DNA of 63,760 bases, filler included, from Reclinomonas americana ATCC 50394 (Eukaryota), in the NCBI GenBank assembly GCA_048213135.1. It is 6 parts of 3 records of this genome, joined end to end, with 100 filler letters (N's around TTAATTAATTAA, not from the genome) between each part and the next. Parts side by side here need not be neighbours in the genome. Positions count along the whole stretch, not along the records: positions 48,978 to 61,991 come from PS015045.1; positions 62,092 to 63,760 come from PS015050.1; 4 more parts are not named here. One strand, given 5' to 3'. Position 1 is the first letter of the stretch. Every line of letters starts with the position of its first letter. Below, piece after piece: positions 55,732 to 63,760 of the stretch. The notes below the pieces were generated by a model. It saw only the letters and a list, made by a program, of their open reading frames with translations, ran no database searches and was not told the DNA's origin. The position numbers and the translations under genes are program-made.

Positions 55732-58700
55732 GCCACCGCCAACCTCCCAACCTTCGACATCTCCGAGGTCGCCAACCACCTCCTGCAAGCCGTCAGTTTT
55801 GAGGTTATCTTTCCTTCCATCCACTCTCCTTTCCTATTCTTTCTCCTCAACATCCAACAGACCATCAGCTCACGTCCCGGCAAGCATCTCGATGCCGAAT
55901 TCACTCGTCTGCACGAGTGGATCCGGGAAACGTACCCGCTGGTGCACCGGCATTTGCGTCGGGAGTTTGTCAACGGTTTCAATGTGGTGTACGAGTGGAA
56001 GAGCACCTGTTGCGTCACTCCCACATCTGCAAGTAAGTAGCGTGCCCCGACAACCGACTGGCATTGTCACAGCGCCGCACAAGCCGGTCCTCTTCGCCGC
56101 CCACCTCGATGTGGTGCCGGTGGCCGAGGAGACGCGCAACGCCTGGACGATGAATCCGTTTGGCGAGCTGACCCACGAGTTTGTGTACGGGCGAGGTACG
56201 TGGAGGGAGTGCGCGATACTCTCCACACCCAGTGTTCTCCTTTACTTTCGGCAATCTTTCCTCGTTCCTCAACTCGCAGGGTGCTCTCTGTTATTTCCAC
56301 AGTGTTCTTTGCATTTGTAGTCTTCTTCTTCTGTTGAGTGATATCTTTGTGCAGAGAACCCGTCAGCTCTTGCCTCTCTCGAATCTGTGCTCCTCCTCCT
56401 CACTCGCAGGGTGCTCTGTGCTATGTCCTCAGTGTTCTTCGCACTTGCAGTCTTTTTCTGTCGAGGGATATCTTCTTCAGAGAGCCCGTCTCTCTCGACG
56501 ATGCGCTCCTCTATCCTCAACTCTCTGTCATTTCCACAGTGTTGTTTGCGCTTGATGTCTTCTTCCATCATGCGATAATCTTTCTGCAGAGAACCCGTCA
56601 GCTCTTGTCTCTCTCAAATCTGCGCTCCTCTTTCCTCAACTTGCAGGCTGCTCTCTGTTATTTCCACAGTGTTCTTTGCACTTGTAGTCCAAGTGATATC
56701 TTTCTTCGGAGAACCCTTCTCTCTCTACGCTGTGCTCCCCTATCCTCAACTCGCACGGTGCTCTCTATTATTCCATATTGTTCTTTGTACTTGTAGTCTT
56801 CTTCCATCATGTGACATCTGCAGAGAACCCGTCAGCTCTTGTCTGTCTCAAGTCTGCGCTCCTCTATTCTGGTATTCCACAGCACTCGTGTTCTTCGCAC
56901 TTGACGTCTTTTTCTGTCAAGTTGTATCTTTCTTCAGAGACCCCGCCTCTCAACGCTGCGCTCCGCTATCCTCAACTCGCATGGTGCTCTCTGTTGTTCC
57001 GCAGCACTCACGTTCTTTGCACTTGGTCTTTTTTCTGTCAAGTAATATTTTCATGTTGAGTACCCCTTCAGCTCTTGTCTCTCTCGAATCTGCGCTCCTC
57101 TATCCTGGATCGTCATTTCCACACTGTTCTTTGCACTTGACGATTTCGTCTGTCAAGTGATATTTCCTTCTGCGAACCCGTCTCTCTCACAAGCAAGTCC
57201 CACAGATGCAATGTGTGTGTATCTTACTGCAGTCCTTCCCATAGCCATGTTTGTGATCCACCGTCTGTCTCTCTCCACTCTGTTCACGCAATGCGTGTGC
57301 GCTCGTCGCCCTTCGACAACCAAGTCATCTCTCCTTTCCCTCCACCATCGCCCTCACGTTCTCTAATCCCGTTCCTTTCCCCCTCCAGGATCGTTCGACG
57401 ACAAAGGCTCCGCCATCGCCCTCCTGGAGGCCGTGGAGCACCTGCTGGCAGCCGGTGTGCAGCCTGCTCGCACCGTGTATCTCGCCTTTGGCGCGGATGA
57501 GGAGATTGGCGGTGCGCTGTTTTTGCCAGCAGCTCTTGCTGTGTGTGTGTTGACCCCCCTCCTGAAATGCGGTGTTTGTGGGGCAGGTCGTGACGGAGCG
57601 GCGCATATCAGCGAGCTGTTCTACAAGCGCGGGATTGAGTTTGAGGTGCGGCGCTGCTTTTGAGGATTTGTGTTTATTGCTGTGTCGATTGTTGTATCTG
57701 TGAGCGAGTATCCATGTGTGAGTTTGAAAAAAGAGAAAAGAGCAGGCGTGCGAGAATCTGTATGCATTTGAAGTGAGAGCAAACAGAGATTGTTGTGTCC
57801 ATGCCGTGTGTGTCATAATGCTGTGTGCTTTCTGTGATGGTATATGTGTGTGGAATGAGAGCGAAAGAGTGATTGTTGTGCTCATCGGTAGTTGTTTACA
57901 ATTGACTTGCTGGTGTGTGTATTTTTTGTAATGTGAGGAAAGAGAAGTTGTTGCCTGCCTTGGAATATGAATGTGTGTGTGTCAGTGCGTTGATATATGT
58001 GTGAGTTTGAGTACGTATCTCTTTTTGATTGTTATGCTCATGCCTTGCATCAGCGCGTACAAAGGTATTGCGCCGTGACAGATGTCCTTCCCTAATCATC
58101 CTGCACAGATGGTGCTCGACGAGGGCGGTCAGTTCTCTCCCGACATGATCGACGGCATTTCTGAACATCCGCCTGCCTTTATTGGTTTGGTCCTCTCCCC
58201 CCTTCTCCTCCCCGTTCAGCCACACAAAGCCGACGCGACGTGTTATTGTTGCAGCGATGACGGAAAAGGGCGTCGTCACACTCGAAATCACCGTGTACGG
58301 CGTCGGTGGCCATGCCGCTTCTCCGCCGCCGCGCAGCGCTCTCGGCAAGGTTCTCCGTCTGTCTCCCACTCGCTGTGTCTTTATATCTCTCACTCATCGC
58401 TCGCAGCTGGGTCGAGTCATGCATCTCATCGAGACGACCTCGATGCCGCTGGTGATGACGCCGCAGTTGCAGCACATGTTGGAGAATTTGGTGCGTCGTT
58501 GGTGGCACTGTACTCGGTGCTTGCACGTTGAATTTGACTCGGTCATGCCGCGCAGTTCCCGCACCTCTCGCTGGTGGAGCAAGTCGCTCTCTCCAACATG
58601 TGGCTGTCGGAGCCACTTCTCATGCGCCATCTGTACAAAAAGTAAGCATCGAGTGAGTTCTCTCCATCATTGCCACCGCTGACACTCTTTTTTACCACTC

Positions 58701-60097
58701 CTCGCAGCCCGCGCATCCGCCCTCTCCTCCGCTCGTCGTGTGTGCCGACAATGGTCAGCGGCGGCGTCGCTTTCAATGTGGTGCCGACGCAGGGCAAAGT
58801 TGCATTCATGCGATTTCACTCGCCTCTCCGCCGAGTCATGGGCTGACCGAGCTTTGCAGATCCTCGTGAATTGCCGTATGCTGCCCGGTCAGACCATGGA
58901 GGACGTGCAGGAGTGGGTTACCACGCTGCTGCGAAAGAACGATCTGAGCAGCGTGCAAGTACAGCCGGCCCCGGGTTGTTGCGTCCCCCTTTCTCTGGAT
59001 GCAGCCGTTTTTCTGCTATCTCACTGGTGATAACAGCTTTCAAGTGCAACCCGACACGCCCGTCGCCGAGCGATTCACCAGTCTTCCGCTATTTCAGCTC
59101 CCTGATCAACACGTTCCGCCCGAATACGTCGGTACGTGCCCCGCATTATGGAGAGGAGGGAGGGAGCATGCGTGCTGACAGCAGAACAATGCACAGGTGG
59201 TGCCGCACTTTGCTTTCGGTCTGACGGACGCGCGATACTATGTCAAGACATCGCAGCATGTGTATCGCTTTACGTTGCGTGGCGGGAGTGAGAAGACTGC
59301 AACTGGTGCTCCATTTCTGTGGCACACTATTCGAGAAATTCGTTGCTGTCGTGCTTGTTTCTTCTCTCATGTTGAGTGTGCTCCTCATGGTGATGCTCTT
59401 TGGTTACCATTGCAGATTTCCTCTTGCTCTCATCTGTGATAATTCTCTCGCTTGTTTCGTCGCGCATGTTTGAGTTGGCTCAAGTGTTGTGTTGCTCTAT
59501 TTGTACGCCATTGCCGGTTCCCTGCCGGTTCCCTACCTCCGTCGTCTGCGGTTGTTCTCTCACTTGTTTCTTCTACCACGTTGAGGTTACTCACTGTTGT
59601 GATGCTCCTTTGCACGCCGATGCTCATTTTTCTTTCCGTCATCTGCTGGTTGTTGTTCATTCCCTCTTGCTTCCAACTCTCTCGCAATCGTGTCACTGCC
59701 ATGAGGGTGCTTCTCTTTTGCATGTCAATTGTTAATGCTCGTGTTCTGATTGTGAAAGTGTTGTTGCGCGTTGTTTCTTCTTTTCCCCGTCTCTCTCACT
59801 CTCCCTGACCCGCAGTCCGGCTCTCACGCCACTGGAGGAGCAAGCTCGCATGCATGGGTGCGTTGTGCGCGCGATGAGCTTGCCAACACTTCGCGTTCGA
59901 CATTAATGAGTGTTTTTGTGCAGCATTGACGAGCGACTGAGCTTCTATAACCTCGGCGAAATGGTTCGCTTCTACATGCTGGCGTTCACGTCGCTCGATC
60001 GCATGCCCGTCAGGTAACCACAAGTGCTCCGTGCTAAACATCTTGCTCGCTGCTGACCTACGCTGATGCACGCAGTACCGACTCGTTGGAGAGGTAG
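55732..60097 (+). CDS. M20A metallo-carboxypeptidase/amidohydrolase (PM20D1/yeast CPS1-like)
   Basis: Exons give PVLFAAHLDVVP, VYGRGSFDDKG, LAFGADEEIGG, MVLDEGG, TEKG, GGHAASPP, FNVVP, NCRMLPGQ, TDARYY and RMHGIDERL, covering the metal ligands. The first exon is probably at 54203 (or 53896). The stop is at 60097 with a final intron, or 60017 without it. Confidence 0.92.
56230..57190. repeat. Intronic degenerate minisatellite (~100-125 bp unit) in M20 gene
   Basis: Recurrent tcctcaactcgca.ggtgctctctgtt..ttccacagtgttctttgcacttg...cagagaacccgtc blocks, about 8 copies, between the VYGR and GSFDDK exons. Confidence 0.85.
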
Positions 60098-61492
60098 GAT
60101 GCAGTGCTTTCGGTTCGTTCTTGTGGATGAGTGCTCACCTCTATTGTGCACTCTCGACTGCAGCCTCGTGCGCCCTGTCAAGGAAACAAAGTGAGTCTAA
60201 TCAATGAGTATTACTTCACGTGCTTCCCCTCTAAATGCTCTCTGTGCAGTGACGCGTCGCTTGCCGAGAGTGCAAGGTGTGCTGACATTGACACGCGACT
60301 TTCTTGTCGCCATTGCTTACCTTTCATATCTATGCAGCTCGTCGGCGACCGAGACTGCAGCAGCCAGCGCGAGGTGTGACGACAGAAGTGGTTGTGGAGT
60401 GTATACCTTGGTCTCCGTCTTACGAGTTGTGTCGTGCGTACAGCAGCAGCAAGTCTCACAAGCCCGCAGAGGAGTCGTCGAGGTTTGTGTCGATAGTGCT
60501 TCCTGTCGTCGGAGATTCTGTCTGACAATTCACTGGCGCTGCAGCGCATCGTCGACCGCCTCAAAGTTGTGCTTTTTTGTGTCTCTCTTGCGTGTGATTC
60601 ATTCTGCTGACTTGATCCTGCTGCAGCACCGCTCCCAAGTCTGCCGAGAGGTTCGCACGCGATTCCTTACTGTTTAATTCGTTCTCTCTTGCTCACGCAC
60701 TTTTTCGCCGCATCAGTGCCGCTCCCAAGTCAGATGACAGGTTCGCAGCCTGCTTTTGACTCGCATCTCTCTCGTGCTCACTCTAATGTTGTACGGCCCC
60801 ACCAGCACCGCCTCCAAGTCTGAAGAGAGGTTTGCTCACACTTGCAATCTATTGCTCCTCCCTCATCAATTCTCACACCCTTTCGCGCCTGCTAGTGCCC
60901 CAGCCAAGGCCGATTCCAGGTGCGCCTTGTTGATCTTACTTCGTTTGCTGTCACGCTCCTGCTCAGCAGCAATCACAGCAGCGCTAGTGATGACGAAGAG
61001 GAGGCTGTGCGCAGGTTTGTGTTCCCCCTTTGTTTGCACACGTCGCAGCACGCAGTGACTCACTCGTCGCACAGACGCCGCACTCGTCGCCGCGAGAGGC
61101 AAAAGCAACAGGCCAGGTGCGTCTGCTCTTGTTCATTGGCCTTGTGGTCGTCTCGTGTGCTCATTCCGCTCCTTGCGTGCAGCCGAGAGGAGCTGTAATG
61201 AGTGCCGGCTGATGCGCATTCGATCATTGAGTGTATTTCGCTCCCTTCTCTAACTCTGGCTGTGTCACGATGGTGTTGATATTCTGGTCTCTTGGCAGTT
61301 CTCTTCCTTCCCCTTTCCCCTTTCCCCCTTCCCCTCCCTCCGCCCTTCCCCATCGGCTGCGAAACAAAATTGTCGTTTATATTGCACTCTCTAAACTCTC
61401 ACAAATCATTAGATGTCCTTAAAAAAAGTGTAGGCTAGTTCTCCCTCTCCTCCCTCTTCTCCTCCTCCTCCTCCTCCTCCTCCTTCTCCTCC

Positions 61493-61991
61493 TTACTTCC
61501 AAATGCGGCTGGGCAGCACCTTCTTATGCGCCGCCGCCGCCGCCGTCGTGGACTCGGTCAGAGGCCGACGAGGCGACAGAGATGGCGCCGCGCCCAAGTT
61601 GCGCGGTGTGGTGCCCGCGGAGCTGCGCGGTGTCGACAGAGCCGACAGCGTGCGCGGCGTGGTGACTGTTGTCGAGCCACGCGGTGTGCTCAGCGCCGAC
61701 CCCCGTGGTGTGCTCAGTGCCGACCCCCGTGGTGTGGTGGCCGTCGACCCGCGAGGCGTGGTGGCCGTCGACCCTCGTGGGGTGGTGGCCGTCGACCCGC
61801 GAGGCGTGGTGGTTGCCGAACTGCGCGGTGTGGTGGCCGCCGAGCTGCGCTGCTGCTGGTAGGCCACGTTGCTCACCGTGCGGGCAGTGGCGGCGGCCTT
61901 GGCTGCCGAGGCACCGCTGGTGGTGCGTCGTGGTGACGACGAGGGTGAGCGCGTCGGCAGTGTCAGCGGTGGCACCACCATGGGCGACGGT
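61493..61991 (-). CDS. Terminal exon of an unidentified gene with (S/T)TPR(G/S)S octapeptide repeats
   Basis: GC-rich open frame with ~9 24-nt units (ATTPRGST, ALSTPRGS) varying at third codon positions, ending KKVLPSRIWK*. The 5' part is lost at the join. Confidence 0.65.
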
Positions 61992-62091
61992 NNNNNNNNN
62001 NNNNNNNNNNNNNNNNNNNNNNNNNNNNNNNNNNNTTAATTAATTAANNNNNNNNNNNNNNNNNNNNNNNNNNNNNNNNNNNNNNNNNNNN
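61992..62091. other. Artificial contig join
   Basis: Same linker at 62036-62047. Confidence 0.97.
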
Positions 62092-63334
62092 AGGACGAAC
62101 TCGGGGGCCACCAACGCCGCAAAGCGCACGGCCTTGTCGGAGGCCGTCTCCGCCTCGCTGACCGCCTTGTGCAGCAGGGAGTTGAGCAACAGCTGATGCG
62201 TCTGCCGTGTGCGCATGACCACTCGCGCGCCACGGTAGTCCGAGTCGTCAGCCGATTGCTTGAAGAGGTTGACGTGGAGCTTGCCGACGCCTGGCAAAAG
62301 GGGAAGGGAAGGAAGGCGAAGGGGGATAAGGGGGAAGGGGAAGGGATGTAGGGAGAGAGAAGAGGCGAGAGGCGAGACGAGCGAGACGGGGAACAAGAGG
62401 TGAGGCGAGAGTTAAGAGACGAGAGGCGAGAAGGAGGAAAGAAGCGAGGGTGAGAAAGGTGAAAGGCGAGAGTGGTGAGAAACGAGAAGTGAACGGCGAG
62501 AAGTGAGAGGCGAGCGGCGGAGACAACAGGCAATTGCAAAGACGACAACCGGTAAAGTGTGAGAAACATGAGGAGGGGACAACAGGCGAGAGGTGAGATA
62601 ATATCAGAGGGAGAGAGAGAATACAGGAGGATAGAGACAAGGAGAGAGAAGACAGATGATAGAGAGAGAGAGGAAGGAGGTGAGAGCAAACACAACAGAG
62701 ACGACACAGGAGACAAGAAGCAACGGGACGGCGAGACGAAACGAGAGACGCACACGAAGAGGAACACAACCATGAAGACGTAAGCCACTCTGTCCCTTCC
62801 TCTCCCCTCTCCTCTCCCCTCTCCCTCTTCTCACCTCGCTCCTTCCACGCCTTATCCACGAGCATGTACAGCTTGGCCTCGACCTCGAATTCGGTCTTGT
62901 CGTGCTCCTCGCCAGAGGTGACCTGCTTCTTCTCCAGATTGACCTTTGGTGAAGCCGCCGCCAACACAATGCCGGCGTTCGGGTCCTCGTCCTCGCCACC
63001 CTCTCCCTCGTCGGGTGTCGACGCCGATGCGCCAGAACCACCAGCAGCAGCGGTCGCCAGTCGTGCGCCAAACAATGGTTTGCCAGCAGTCTGCCCAGCC
63101 AGCGGAGGTGAACACAGAGCAATGCAAAGGGTTCAACTAGAGGACACGCAACAAGGCCCTGCACTTTGTTCATCGTGTTCTGCAGGAACGACGAGCCGAA
63201 TGGCTTGACGCTGAAGGCGGGTTTGTTGGCGCCGTCGCCAAAGCCCTTGGTTGCGGCATTCTCGGCCAGCTTGGCAAAGGAGAAGCCCATCTTGCCGCCA
63301 AAGGAGAATGTTGGTAGCTGGGTGACCTTGGGGG
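62092..63334 (-). CDS. Ran-binding-domain protein with FxFG motifs (RanBP3/Yrb2 or Nup50/Nup2-like), partial
   Basis: TFSFGGKMGFSF...; VTSGEEHDKTEFEVEAKLYMLVDKAWKERG-VGKLHVN...ARVVMRTRQTHQLLLNSLL matches the RanBD signature (TGEE...WKERG.G.L..N...R.VMR...LLLN). Confidence 0.88.
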
Positions 63335-63399
63335 CTGCAGAGAGAGGGCAAGGGTGAGCAAGGAAGGAGCGAAGGAGAGAAGGAGAGAGTGGGGGGAGA

Positions 63400-63760
63400 A
63401 CGAGGAGGAGGAAGAGAAGGAGGAAAGAGGAAGAAGAAGAAGAAGATGCAGCAGCACGAGCAGCAGAAGCCGCAGATGCGCAGCTGCAGCATGAGGAGGA
63501 GGAGAGGAATAACGAGGACGAAGAAGAAGAAGAAGAAGAAGAAGTAGAGGGAGAAGAACAAGGAGGAGGAGGAGAACAAGAAGAAGAAGAACAACAACAA
63601 CAACAACAACAACAAGAAGAAGAAGAAGAAGAAGAAGAAGAAGAAGAAGAAGAAGAAGAAGAAGAAGAAGAAGAAGAAAGAAGAAGAAGTAAGAACGAAG
63701 AAGAAGAAGAAGTACAAGAAGAAGATGATGAAGAACGAAGAGGAGAAGACCAAGGAGGAG
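63400..63760. repeat. (GAA)n/(CAA)n low-complexity tract
   Basis: Trinucleotide arrays upstream of the first visible RanBD-gene exon. Confidence 0.85.

Noticed and set aside
60480-60960. Degenerate CAGCACCGC.CCAAGTC...GAGAGGTT repeats as a ncRNA or element
   Set aside because: Only 3-4 decayed copies, similar to other local minisatellites; I cannot support any structure or termini.
25582-62047. Recurrent palindrome TTAATTAATTAA as a biological site
   Set aside because: It is always centred in exactly 100 bp of N, so it is an assembly linker.
63420-63760. Plus-strand acidic poly-E/Q protein
   Set aside because: It is a trinucleotide low-complexity tract with frame drift, antisense to and directly upstream of a RanBD-gene acceptor, so it is more likely intronic.

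Overview
Intron-rich eukaryotic (protist-like) draft scaffold; the single-frame ORF track is mostly misleading, so genes were rebuilt by hand from GT-AG introns (typically 55-90 nt). There are many N gaps and five artificial 100-bp joins (44N-TTAATTAATTAA-44N). The window is dominated by two diverged copies of a ~20-kb region in inverted orientation (about 6.5-25.5 kb on -, about 25.6-48.7 kb on +), possibly haplotigs. Each copy carries a giant type-I membrane protein gene followed by a STE11/MAP3K-like kinase gene. The membrane protein has at least 36 bacterial-type cadherin-like repeats, six Cys-pair beta-sandwich repeats, a TM helix and a long S/T/P-rich tail. Downstream of the left kinase, on the same strand, is an EF-hand-like + SH2 protein gene, then the convergent 3' end of BUD23. 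The right part holds an organellar-type RNase II, an M20 (PM20D1/CPS1-like) peptidase, a T-P-R octapeptide-repeat terminal exon and a RanBP3/Nup50-like Ran-binding protein. Main highlights: the receptor itself and its tight receptor-kinase-SH2 cluster, a possible splice path to a receptor-kinase fusion, an abundant one-nucleotide-shifted 5' splice-site class GTT(G/T)CG, vicinal-Cys DANCCQ loops, and one ectodomain module that is unusually divergent between the copies.
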